A DNA stretch of 32,000 bases from Candidatus Saccharimonadota bacterium (GCA_963706795.1 OY970170.1:570001-602000), one strand, 5' to 3'. Shown: positions 9,950 to 21,434, counted from the stretch's first letter. Numbers and translations are program-made. Notes: generated by a model not told the origin, from the sequence alone.

Positions 9950-11449
9950 CTAATTATCGAGCGTTACGGTAGTGGCGATCGTGACTTCTGGATTTTGGAT
10001 TTTGAGTTTGCGGCGGCGTTCCCATCCAAATCCGAGTGTTGTCGTAAAACGTACATATCCTGCGATCGAATATCCAGGACTTACTTCTTTCCAAGAAAAG
10101 TGATAGTCCTTTGCAGGCACGGGGAAGAATTTGATATTTCGCACATCGACATCCGCATCGAACAGGCTTACCCATTCTGAGTCTTTGCCAGTGGGAAGAT
10201 TGCGGGTAATTGAACCAATGGTAATTGGAGTGCAATTAAAATCCGGATGACATTCCCATGTATCAACCTTACCATCAAAGAGACCTCCAGTATTGCTCGC
10301 AGTGATTCATTCGTGGGCGAAACCGGCGTCCTTTCAGACGAGACGGAGCATTTCGAGTCGACCGATACAGCCACTTCCGGTACCATTTTGGGTGTTGCAT
10401 CCATAGCCTGCTGGAGCATTTGGATCGAGTTCTACACGTCTACGAAGCAGGATTCGTTCGAGCCCGCGATCGGTTTTTTTAATGAGGTAGAGTTCGGAGA
10501 GTCCACTGCTTCCCGAAAAAGCTTCTGGACCCACTCCAAGGTCTTCGTCATCGTCATCTCCGGTGATATTGCCGTCACAATTGGCATCTCCGAGGTCTCA
10601 AGTCTTCCCTTTGGCAGTACAGACATTTATATCGTTGTTTTCGTCGCTGTTATAATCAAAGAATTGTGTCTTGTATTCGCCATATCTTTGCGGGCTGCCA
10701 ATCTCTACCGCTTGTGCATTATTAAAAGTGCTGATCGAAAAACATCCGTTAGTCCCCATATTGACGCCTACTCCGCTTCTGCAAAAATAGCTTCCAGATC
10801 CAAATTGCGAGGTACCGATTGAGCCGCCATTTCAGTAGTTTCCATAGCCTGTGGGATCGCGGTAGTGTCCACCTGAGAGAGTGAGTCCGACCATTGTGCG
10901 ATTAAAATATTCCTCATAGTCGATAGTTCCACCTTCCTTAATAGTCGTGGCGAGTTTTTCGCTCGCGGTATAGAGTTGTTCATTGATATCGATACGTCAT
11001 TCAACGAGATTGCGAGCTACACCTATATTGCCAAGGGCGGTAAATGCCATGACCATCAAAATGGCAAAAAGCGTAATCGACATGATCATTTCGATCAATG
11101 TGAAGGCCTTCGGCTTCTTGGTATTTTTGTGAATCTCAGAGGATTCAAACGAACTATTTTTCTTGAAGAAGAAGGAAAGAAATGATCCAATGCTGCGTCC
11201 TATACCAATACCGGTAGGGAATTTCCAAAATGTCTTTGGCCAGTCATGAACAAAGTAGTGAAGACTCTCAAGAAAATGACTTTTTCGGAGGAGTTTTCGT
11301 TCTTCTTTCGTGAAGGGTATAGTTACAATAAGCCAGAGACTATGAATGATCGCTTCGAAAAATCCGTAGACAATACGGAGGAGCGAAAAGAAAGAGTTTT
11401 GCTCGAGTGGATGGCGATTCATGCGGACATCTAACGACATTTGATGCAA
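9950..11449 (-). CDS. Large type IV pilin-like protein (pseudopilin) with an internal prepilin motif.
   Basis: One frame runs through five TGA codons to TAG 9950-9952. It carries HKNTKKPKA-FTLIEMIMSITLFAILMVMAFTAL, the class III signal / N-methylation motif with Glu5, followed by a Cys- and Asp-rich globular part (DANCDGNITGDDDDED). The start is uncertain: TTG 11449 or ATG 11440, with no canonical start near the motif. Confidence 0.7.
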
Positions 11450-11510
11450 AAGTCAATCCGCTCCTCGTTTACTATTTGAACAAATTCAGTATACCTTCGG
11501 CATTCCAATT

Positions 11511-12128
11511 ATGAATTACCAAATCAACTCCAAAAATCGAAAGCTCCGCTATCGATTTCATCAGATACTCTGAAGTCTCTCATTCAACTTCCTCCACCTC
11601 AGAGGGAGTTTGAAGCTGGTGCTTTTGGGTGAGATATTTCTCATTGCATCGCTCTTCTTCCCTTGGTTTTCGATCGGGACAGATTTGACGGCGACGGCAT
11701 TTTCTTCGTTTTTAGGGCGATCGGGATTTATACTCATTTTCCTCGCATTAGCGCTCATGGCGCTCATTCTCTCTAACCGTACAAAAGAGATGATGAAGAC
11801 GCGAATGGGAATCAATTTTGCTGACCATACAGCGATTGTATTTTTTGGTCTCACAAAGCTCTTCCTGGTGATTTCGGCATTTTCGTTTATGCGCAGTATC
11901 GTCTATTTTACCAAAGATATCGTGTATTACGATGCACCAATTTTTGGGATTATTGGGTCGATCTTGGTCATTGCAGGTGGCGTATTTGCCTATCGTGAAG
12001 TCAAAAGAGAGACACTCTCAACCCTCTATATCGAGAATAATCAGGCCACTGATGCGCTCTTTAGAGAATACGAGTCTATCCTCTCGAAAAGCGCTCCAGA
12101 GAAGAAGAACATGACACTTCCTATCTAG
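11511..12128 (+). CDS. Hypothetical polytopic membrane protein.
   Basis: ATG 11511 reads through TGA 11571 into ORF 11610..12128. It has about four hydrophobic helices. Confidence 0.55.
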
Positions 12129-12137
12129 GCTTTTTTC

Positions 12138-12165
12138 TTGACTTTTAATTATTCCGCCCTATACA
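12138..12165 (+). promoter_or_regulatory. Sigma-70-like promoter candidate.
   Basis: TTGACT (12138-12143), a 16-nt spacer, then TATACA (12160-12165), about 35 nt upstream of ATG 12200. Confidence 0.35.
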
Positions 12166-12199
12166 TTAGGATAATTGATATTTTATTTCTCCCCCTTCC

Positions 12200-13237
12200 A
12201 TGACAATGCTTCATAGTGAAGTTCAAAAGGGCTTCCTCGCGATTCTTGAGGGTGGTCTCACGGACAAGGAAAGATCCGTAATTGAACGACGTATCGAAGG
12301 AGAGACGTTGCAGTCGATCGGTGATAGTCACTCTATTACCCGCGAACGAGTTCGTCAGATCGAAGATGTTGCCATCAGAAAGGTTGGTCGCATGGTGAAG
12401 TCGTCCAATCTTCTCTCGATCCAATCTTCTGGTGAAAAGATGCTCGCCCTTCATGGTGGACTTCTCACAAAGGACAAGCTTCTCTCTGCAGTTATCAACG
12501 ACCTTGCGATCACTGGTCCAGTCAATGAGGCAATTATTGCCATCGTTCTCCAGTCAGATTTCAATATCCAGAAGTCAAAGCCTCAGCTCGGAACACACAC
12601 GTATTTCACACTTCCTGAGGTAAACAAGAAGGCGATCGTTGAGATCCATAAAGAAGCCATCAAGATCCTCAAGAAGCGCGGAGATATCATGGAAAATACC
12701 GTGCTCCACGAGATGATCAAGATCAATCTCTTCGCACAATTTGGCAAGATTGATACGGTGCTCATCGACTCTGCGCTCGATGTCTTCATGGATATCGTAA
12801 AGGGAGAAGAGCGATTTGTAGGACTCGAAAAATGGAAGATCCTCAATCCTTCAACCCTCAAGGACAAGGCAATCTACATTCTCAAGAAAAAGAAAGAAGC
12901 TATGCATTTTGTGGATATTACTAATGCCATTGCTGACCACTTCAAGGAGTCTGTAAAGGTGGCAACGATCCACAATGAGCTCATTCGTAATAACGAATTT
13001 GTACTCATCGGACGCGGAATCTACGTTCTCAAAGAATGGGGATACCGACCAGGAACGGTGCTCGATGTTATCATGGATATCTTCCAAAAGGCAAAGTCGT
13101 CTCTCTCGACTGAGGATATCATCTCTCGCGTTCTCAAGGTTCGCCAGGTGAAGACGAGTACAATCTACATGAATCTCCAAAATCGTCAGTACATCGAACG
13201 TGTCGGACGAAATATGTATCAGATCAAAGCACGATAG
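12200..13237 (+). CDS. DNA-binding protein with an N-terminal sigma-70 region-4-like HTH and a C-terminal HARE-HTH-like winged helix.
   Basis: The 345-aa ORF is intact. The N-terminal part is LTDKERSVIERRIEGETLQSIGDSHSITRERVRQIEDVAIRKV. The C-terminal part is MHFVDITNAIADHF...EFVLIGRGIYVLKEWGY. Confidence 0.65.
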   Translation: MTMLHSEVQKGFLAILEGGLTDKERSVIERRIEGETLQSIGDSHSITRERVRQIEDVAIRKVGRMVKSSNLLSIQSSGEKMLALHGGLLTKDKLLSAVINDLAITGPVNEAIIAIVLQSDFNIQKSKPQLGTHTYFTLPEVNKKAIVEIHKEAIKILKKRGDIMENTVLHEMIKINLFAQFGKIDTVLIDSALDVFMDIVKGEERFVGLEKWKILNPSTLKDKAIYILKKKKEAMHFVDITNAIADHFKESVKVATIHNELIRNNEFVLIGRGIYVLKEWGYRPGTVLDVIMDIFQKAKSSLSTEDIISRVLKVRQVKTSTIYMNLQNRQYIERVGRNMYQIKAR

Positions 13238-13251
13238 TTGCTTCAAACATA

Positions 13252-13297
13252 AAAATCCCTTCCGGAGCTCATAAGAGCAAAGGAGGGGATTTTTTTA
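13252..13297 (+). terminator. Intrinsic terminator.
   Basis: Outer stem AATCCCTTCC / GGAGGGGATT encloses inner stem GCTC-ATAA-GAGC and is followed by a T6 run. Confidence 0.65.
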
Positions 13298-13419
13298 ATA
13301 ATGTGGGAGACTTCATTTCAATCTTCTTTACAATTCCAAAAAACTCAAACGAAACTTAAATAGGGTCATGAGTTTTAAAACTAGTTTCTCATCGTCGTAT
13401 CTCAGGTTAATATAGGGGT

Positions 13420-14100
13420 ATGAAATTACTCCTTGTAGAAGACCACCCGAAACTCAGGACTAATATCCGGCAATATCTCTCGCCAAAGGGGATATTTGTT
13501 GACGAGGCTATTACCTGAGTTGAAGCCCTCGCTCAGATTGAGCGCGGTGGATATGATGTGATCGTACTCGATCTTGGGCTCCCACTTTTGGATGGTAAAG
13601 AAGTCACTCGCGAAATGCGACGCAATGATAATCGAACTCCAGTGTTGATACTGACTTCGAGTAATTTGCTTGAGGATAAAATCGAACTTTTGGAACTTTG
13701 AGCAGACGACTATCTCACGAAGCCATTCGCACTCGAGGAGCTCTATGCTCGTATTCGCGCCATCACGAGACGCGCCGAATCACCTATCGAATCTCGGGTT
13801 CACAAACTCGGTGATATTCAGATCGACTTCGATCGCGCTGTCATTACACACGGCAAGCGAGAAGTAGTTCTTGTAAATAAAGAGCTCCAGATATTGGAAT
13901 ATCTCATTAAGAAAAAAGGCGTCATTGCTTCAAAATCTGAACTGATCGAGGCTATTTGGGGAAGTACGGATGAAGAATTATTTTCTCAGTCGACGACTCT
14001 TGAGGCGCATATTTCGAGTATTCGCAAGAAGCTTACAAAAGACATCATAACTACCCGTCGGGGAATCGGATATGCTATTGGACGAAAAAGCGGAGCATAG
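13420..14100 (+). CDS. OmpR/PhoB-family response regulator.
   Basis: It reads MKLLLVEDHP...VIVLDLGLPLLDG...ELGADDYLTKPF plus a winged-helix C-terminus. In-frame TGA 13516 and 13699 fall on family-conserved Gly positions. Confidence 0.9.
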
Positions 14101-15274
14101 GCTCGCATTTAAAATTTCGGCTTCGATTCTAGCGATTCTGGTGGTAGTGGCATCGATAATCTCGGTGGTGTTTTATGTGCTTAAAAAAAACGGTGACCAA
14201 GAGATTCTTACTAATTGGCTCTCTCTGGTCGTCAATGACTCGAATTTTGGTCGACTTTTGACCGGTGGAACCGCCGATGAGATCGACCTTTTTTATTCAC
14301 AGAGCAAACGAATTCCACCGCCGTTTCGCAATATTGTCATCCACTTTAATGGGTGAGATTTCCATGTATATTGACCCCTCGCTCTTGCCGAAACAAGCGA
14401 GTTACAACTTGAGCAAATAGATGATCCTATTGGCTCCTTTGAGCACAATGTCTCCGATCGCAAATTTATCTTTTTTGGGAAGAAATTTCAGGATCGCACT
14501 ATTTATGTATATGCGGCTCAGGATGGTGAGCTCGGACATTTTTCACGAGAAATGCTCTCGATAGCACTCGCGTGCTTACTCTTTACTATCGGCCTCTATT
14601 TTGTAGCGAGACGCATTGCGAAGCGATCGTTTGCTCCGCTCAAAGAAAGTCTCACGATGATGGGTCTCTATAATCGCAATATTGCGCATGAGCTTCGTAC
14701 GCCTCTTGCTGTGCTTAAATCAGATCTTGAGCTCGTATCTGCAGAACATCCGTCACCACACATTACATCAGCCCTCGAAGAAGCCTGAAGCATCGAGAAA
14801 ATAATTGATAGTCTGCTCTTCCTTACCGAAAATAATGCTACTGGTAAGAAAGATTCAATAAGTATCAAAGCTGCTATAAAAAAGAAGCTTGAAATGCTTG
14901 AACGCAAATATCCCGAAAAGCTATTTAAGGTCGATATTAAAACTAAGAAGCAGCTTGTGTGAAATCCTGAGCTCATAGAAATCCTTCTTGGAATCCTGTT
15001 TGAAAATGCCTATGTACACGCTAAAAATGAGTCGATCATAGCGATTCGTGATACGGAGACCGGCATCGAAATTGAGAATGTATGCGACAAAGTCATACCA
15101 GAATGAGTGCTTGCGCATATCTTTGAGCCCTTCATTAAATTTAATAGTGGAGGCTCGGGACTTGGACTCTCCATGGCTCGCAAGATCGCAGAAATGCATG
15201 GCTGGCAGCTTCGAATCCTTCAAGTAGACAAAAAAATCTCGGTGACGCTCGATACTCAAACCCTCTCTTCTTAG
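14072..15274 (+). CDS. Sensor histidine kinase (HisKA + HATPase_c) with two TM helices.
   Basis: One frame runs through about five TGA codons. It has H-box NIAHELRTPLA, N-box LFENAYVHA and G-box GGSGLGLSMARKIAE. It overlaps the response regulator by 29 nt and ends at TAG 15272-15274. Confidence 0.85.
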
Positions 15275-15276
15275 TT

Positions 15277-17355
15277 ATGAAAATCTCAAAAACGAAAATC
15301 GCACTTATTCTTGTTGCTCTGAGTATCTCGGGGGTTGTTGCATATAAATATATGACGCCAGCAAAGGCGACTCCAATCGACTTCAAGGATATTGCTGTGG
15401 TTTCGACCGGCTCGATCGAAAGTCGTATCGATGTGGTTTCAAAGATTGCGCTTTTGGATAAAGAAACTCTGACCTTTAAGCAGACTGGTAAAATTACAGC
15501 GCTGAACGTTACTGAGGGGCAAACTGTAAAGGCGGGAACGGTTATGGCGTCGGTTGATACTGCAAATCTCGATCGTGATATCGCAGCACAAAAAATCAGT
15601 CTCGATAATGCTCGTATTGCTCTCAAGCGTCTATACGAAGCAAGTGATGCTACCGAGCTTCTCAAGGCAAAAAATTCTCTCGATCAATCCAAGCGCAGTC
15701 TAGAGGGTGCGAAAATCGACCTTGATACTCTTGGTCGTGAACAGGTTCAAGCTCTACAGGACGGAAAGACTAGTATTAGTGAATCCGAGCAAAATCTCGA
15801 TACGATGAATAAAAAGCTCGACAGCATGAAACTCGACCTCGAGTACACAAAAAAGACCGAACAAGAAACTATTGCGCAGACCAAGGCAGATGGCGACTCT
15901 CGTATTAAGACAACTCTCAATAATGCGAATTCGCTTATTAAGGATGTGAGAGATGCGATGGTGACCTATAAAAAGATCCTCATGGTTGATGATCCAAATA
16001 ACGCGATATTGGTGCAGCTCGGCAATACCCAGCTCCGCTCTGAGGCAAATTTTGCATATGTTGGTATCCAAGACGGGATAACAAAACTTGAGGATGCTTC
16101 AGATAATTTTAATCCTGCGAGCGCGAGTATTTCGGATGCAAATGGGCTCGCAAATCAGACCGAAGACGTCACCAAAAAACTCGCGGACTTTAATACGACT
16201 ATGAAGAAGTTGATCGAAGCTTCAGTTGTTGGAGGGGCTCTGAGCTCGACTATTCTTGATGGATATCGTTCGAGTATCTCGAGTTTTAATTCAAAGTTTT
16301 CGGGCTGGATAACGAGTGTAGATAACAATATCCGCGATCTCGCAACCGGTACGACTGTGAGTACAATCGAGCTCTCTACACAGAGTTCGGTAGCATCCAA
16401 AGAAGCGAGTCTCTCAAGCAGTCAGCTTGATCTCCTCAAGCTTCAAAACTCTATCAAAAAGATGAAGTCCGATCTTATCAAAACTGGACTCGATTATGAC
16501 GCAAAGATTGCCGCCAAAAAGCTCGATATTTCTGGTTACGAAGATGCTATTCGAGCTGGACAGGCTACCTATGATGATCTCGTTGCTGGGCCAAAATCGA
16601 CGGAAATTGCCCAAAAAGAAAATGACATCAAAAGTACTGAACTCAATATGGCGAAGCTCGAGGCTACACGCGCGGACTATCGACTCATCGCTCCTGTTGA
16701 TGGTGTTATTAGTGCAGTTGCTATCCGCAAAGGACAGCAGGCAACTACGACCGCAGGAATTACTGTCGAAAATCGCAATATCGTCCAACTCACCGCGCTC
16801 GTTGACCAAACGCAGGCAGTTAAAATCCAGATTGGAATGCCCGTAAAGGTTACTTTTGATTCGTATCGCATGAAATCTTTTGATGCAAAGGTTTCATTCG
16901 TCGAGTCTGTTCCGACCGAAACCTCAGGAGTTGTGAGTTATACAGTTAAATTTGTACTCGCAAAGCCAGATGGAGTTGAGCTCTATGACGCAATGACGGC
17001 TTCGGCGCGTATTATCACGGATCGTGTAGATAACGTTGTGGTAGCTCCACTGAGCGCTATTCAAGATGGCAAAGAAAATAAATTCGTACAGGTGTTCTCG
17101 AGCGGTAGTCTCAGGACTCAGACAGTCAAAATTGGTAAATCTGACTCAGATAAGATTGAGATTACTGAGGGATTAACTCCAGGTCAGCGTATCGTTATTC
17201 GCCCATATGCCGCAACGAGTGGGGTCGCATCTGGTGGATTTAATATCTGAAGTATCTTCGGTGGACAGCGTGGTGGAGCAGGTGGAACAAGACCTGCTGG
17301 AGCAGGGGGGCAAGGATGAGCGGCAGGTGGAGGTGGTGCAAGAGCTGGAGGATAA
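15277..17355 (+). CDS. HlyD/MacA-type periplasmic adaptor (membrane fusion protein) with a Gly/Ala-rich C-terminal tail.
   Basis: It has an N-terminal anchor, a lipoyl-like motif (GKITALNVTEGQTVKAGTVMASVD), a long coiled coil and a beta-barrel C-terminal part. Under code 25 it reads through TGA 17248 and 17317 to TAA 17353-17355. Confidence 0.8.
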
Positions 17356-17367
17356 TTCAAACAGTCT

Positions 17368-18042
17368 ATGAAAAGCAAAATGATTGAACTGAGTGACATC
17401 AAAAAATCCTACATCGTGGCAGGAGAAGAGATCTATGTACTCACAGGTCTCTCACTCTCGATTGCAGAGGGGGATTTTGTCGCGATCATGGGACCATCCG
17501 GATCAGGGAAGTCGACACTTATGAATATCATCGGACTCCTTGATACGGCGACTTCTGGCAAATATCTCCTCGGTTGAGTCGATGTTGCGACTCTCGATGA
17601 TGAGGCGCTGACGAGATTTCGAGGCGAATCAGTGGGGTTTGTTTTTCAGGGATATAATCTCATTCCTCGTGTGAGCGCAATTGATCAAGTAGCTCTGCCA
17701 CTCTCATATAAAGGTGTAAAGAAATCTGAGCGTACAGTGCTCTCTAAAGCAGCACTTGAGCGTGTTGGTCTTGGACACAAGTTGGATTCTCTGCCAAATC
17801 AGCTCTCTGGAGGACAGCAGCAGCGCGTTTCGATAGCACGAGCGCTCGTTGCCAATCCAAAATTGATCCTTGCGGACGAACCAACCGGTGCGCTCGACAC
17901 CAAAACAGGTGAAGAAGTCATGGAGCTTTTTGAGCGCCTTAATAAGGAGTGAATCACCATTGTCCTCATCACCCACGAAGAAGAAGTTGCCGCAAGAGCC
18001 ACCCGTATTATCCGTATTCGCGACGGTAACATTTTTGAATAA
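17368..18042 (+). CDS. ABC transporter ATP-binding protein, MacB/LolD/FtsE type.
   Basis: It has Walker [10 protein letters not shown], signature LSGGQQQRV and Walker [12 protein letters not shown] 17575 and 17950 are read as Gly. A GGAGGA Shine-Dalgarno lies 15 nt upstream. Confidence 0.9.
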
Positions 18043-19259
18043 TGACCATTTTTGAGCACTCTGCGAACGCTATTCGCACCTTTACTTCGAATAAGCTTCG
18101 AGCCGGACTTTCGAGTCTGGGGATTATTATCGGAGTTTTTTCGGTGGTGGTACTTTTGGCAATTGGTCAGGGTGCACAAAATAGCATCCTCTCAAATGTT
18201 CAGTCGTTGGGTTCTAATTTGCTCACGCTCACTCCTGGTGGCTCGAGACAGTCTGATGTACGCAGCAAAACCGCTGGTAAATCACGAACTGACATCCTCA
18301 CTCCAGCCCTCGTTGAGCGTATCAGAGAAGTGCCTTGAGTGGTCGACGTCTCGCCTGAGATGTCGACGCGTAAACAGATCATCAATGCGGATAAAAATCT
18401 CTCTATCACCATCTACGGTGTTGAGCCGATCTATGCAAAAGTCCGAAATACGGAGCTCGCATCTGGTACATTTTTTACGGATGATCAGGTCAAAAATAGT
18501 GAATCCGTAGCAATTCTTGGTTCGAGCACAGCTTCTACGCTTTTTGGAAGTGGTGCGAATCCACTCGGGGCATCTGTGCGTATTGGATCGTCACTTTTTA
18601 GAGTCATTGGCGTCACAAAATCCAAAGGACAGCAGTCGTTTGGAAATGCCGATGAGACGGCTTATATTCCGGTATCAACCGCACAGGACCAGCTTTTAGG
18701 GACAAGTTATTATTCTACGGTTGCGATTACTACAGCCACGACCGATGATCTCACGCCCACAAAAGAACGCCTCTTGCGCGTGCTTGATGGCTATTTTGCG
18801 ATCACCAATGAAAACGATCGTCCATATTCGATCAATAATCAGGCGGATTTGATCTCTACGGTCAGTCAGATCACTAGTGCACTTACGCTCTTTTTAGGAG
18901 CAATTGCCGTTATCTCGCTCGTTGTATGATGAATCTGAGTCATGAATATCATGCTTGTTTCCATCACTGAACGCACGAGAGAAATCGGTATCCGAAAGGC
19001 TATCGGTGCTCAAAAAATCGATATCATTCTCCAATTCCTCACAGAATCCCTCCTCCTCTGTCTCTTTGGCTGATGAATTGCGATCGCGCTTTCGTATCTC
19101 ACGGTTTTTGCGCTTTCTTCGGTGATTCAGTGAGTGATTACACTCTCCACACTTGGTCTCGCAGTAGGGTTTTCATGTTTCGTCGGGATCGGGTTTGGGA
19201 TTTATCCGGCGTATAAGGCCGCGAGCTTGAAACCAATCGATGCGTTGAGATTTGAATAA
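18042..19259 (+). CDS. MacB/FtsX-type ABC permease.
   Basis: Its start overlaps the upstream stop (TAATG). It reads [31 protein letters not shown] and LFG-GG-IAIAL. Seven in-frame TGA codons include two TGATGA doublets at conserved GG positions. Confidence 0.9.
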
Positions 19260-19355
19260 AGAACCTCTTTTAAAATTCAAAGAATTTTTTTATCTGGGCA
19301 TTTTTATTTCGTATTCGATCATATAATCACGTCATGAATTGTTAAAACAAAAAGC

Positions 19356-19718
19356 ATGGTGGGGAAAGATCGAATATTAGAAACAGTAACAGGGGCTCAG
19401 TTAGATACGAAAATCACTGAATTTTGTAGTGCGCATACAAAAATTGTTGCGAAGTCACTCAAAAGACCTGTTTTCCTTGCTCACTATTTGGATGTTGTAA
19501 ATACAAAACATGATCGAACAAAGCGTAAACAGGTCTTTTTTTGTGCCATTGAATCAATAAGAATCATTCCATTTTTTACAATGAAATTGATTAACGGAAG
19601 AAGAAATTTTGAGATACGTGATACTTCAAAGTGTTGAGTGGAATATGGGATACATATTCGTGAAGAAATATCCGGAAAAGACAAGAAACTCTTTCTTATC
19701 TCAACGTTTCGAACATAG
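19356..19718 (+). CDS. Hypothetical protein in a low-GC patch.
   Basis: ORF 19356..19637 extends through TGA 19635 to TAG 19716-19718. I recognise no family. Confidence 0.35.
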
Positions 19719-19926
19719 AAAAAGCATAGGATTATTCTCGGACGTATCCAGAAACACCTATGCTTAATGAGATGGTATTGAATAGAACACGGCAAGCCAT
19801 GATTTTGCATCTATTCCGTAGTCATCTCATCTGCAGATTCGGGTTGATTCGACTGCCTTGGAAGAATAGTGGAGTTTTGTGCTTTTGCAAAACTTTCAAA
19901 GACATCAATGCAATTTTTCTTTGAAT

Positions 19927-21434
19927 TTACTTCTCCCCTCTATATGACAGCGCTTCTGCGACATGTGCAAGGGTGATTTCATCGGCGTCTTCGAGATCGG
20001 CAATGGTTCGGGCTACGCGGATAAGCCGGTAGTAACTGCGCATGGAGAGTGAGAGTCTCGCGACGGCGTCTTTGAGCATCTTCATGCCGTCGGGGCGGAT
20101 GTAGCAGAGTTTTTCGACTTCTTTGGGGGTGATTTCACTATTACATTCCTTGGCAAGACCAAGGAATCGCTTTCGCGCCTTTTGACGAGCAGCATTGACG
20201 CGGATCTGGAGTTCTTCGTGGTTGCTGGTGTGCGGGTGCTTTCGATTTCTTCGACTTTAAGTCTGGGAACATTGACGAAGAGATCGATGCGATCAAGAAT
20301 AGGTCCAGAGAGTTTGGCGCGGTATTTTTCGATATCACGTTCACTGCATGAGCAGGGTTTTTCGGGATCTCAGAGATAACCACAGGGGCATGGATTCATG
20401 GCTCCGATGAGGAGGAATTTTGCCGGATAGGTAAAACTTGCATGGACTCGCGTGACCGTGATTGTGCCATCTTCGAGTGGCTGTCTGAGCATTTCGAGGA
20501 GGTGTCCATCAAACTCGAGGAATTCATCCAAAAAGAGTACTCCGCGGTGCGCGAGACTGACTTCTCAGGGGCGAGATTTGGTTCCGCCGCCAATAATACT
20601 TACTCCGCTTGCCGTATGATGTATTTTGCGGAATGGACGAGTTTCAATAAGTGGAGTTTTGCGGTCCAGAAGTCCTGCGACGGAATAGATCTTTGATACG
20701 TCCAAAATCTCATCAAAGCTCATCTCCGGAAGAATCCCTTCGAGTGCTTTTGCAAGCATAGTTTTGCCCGATCCTGGTGGCCCCTCAAGGAGAATATTAT
20801 GTCCTCCAGCTGCGGCGATAAGGAGCGCTCTTTTTGCTCGATCTTGCCCACGAATGGATGCAAAGTCTACTTCGGGAATGGAACGTTCTTTTGGTTTGTG
20901 AGGGGTGGGGGTAGTGAGTTCACCGGTCTTTTGGATGTATTCGACAACCTCGTTAAGGCTTTCGGCTCAGAGCACGCTGATCCCTGGGACGAGCGATGCT
21001 TCGTCGAGATTTCATTTGGGAATAACCACACAGGATGCGCCGTGAGATTTTGCAAATAGGATCGCTGGAAGTACTCATGCAATCTCTCTAATTTTGCCAT
21101 CGAGTGCGAGTTCTCATAAAAAATATGTCGTAGCGAGATCGCGTTCGCTTACGATATTTTCACCCAGCAAAATCCCGAGAGCGATGGGGAGATCAAAAGA
21201 AGGTCCGGATTTGCGAGTGTCTGCGGGTGCGAGATTTACCGTGATTCGCTTTGATGGAAAACTATACCCAGAATTCTTTATAGCACTGCGAACGCGCTCA
21301 CGACTTTCTTGTACAGCAGCATCACCGAGTCCAACAATTGAAAAAGCGGGAATACCCGTTGCGATATCCACTTCTACGTCTACTCGTTGTCCCGACAAAC
21401 CCTGAATGGCAATAGAACCGATCAATTGCATCAT
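19927..21434 (-). CDS. comM: ComM/YifB Mg-chelatase-like AAA+ ATPase with an apparent frameshift (possible pseudogene or assembly error).
   Basis: The N-terminal part is [41 protein letters not shown]. It has Walker [13 protein letters not shown] and [17 protein letters not shown]. The conserved C-terminus ([13 protein letters not shown]...[32 protein letters not shown]) lies in the -1 frame from about 20256 down to TAA 19927-19929. Confidence 0.8.

Noticed and set aside
17184-17402. Pro-rich 72-aa ORF on the minus strand.
   Set aside because: It is the antisense image of the Gly/Ala-rich GGN/GCN tail of the adaptor gene, and it spans the junction of two plus-strand genes.
19484-19810. 108-aa minus-strand ORF overlapping the gene at 19356..19718.
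   Set aside because: The product is Cys-, Phe- and Ile-rich and does not look like a protein. The plus-strand frame has a better start context and extends cleanly under code 25. Neither call is strong.
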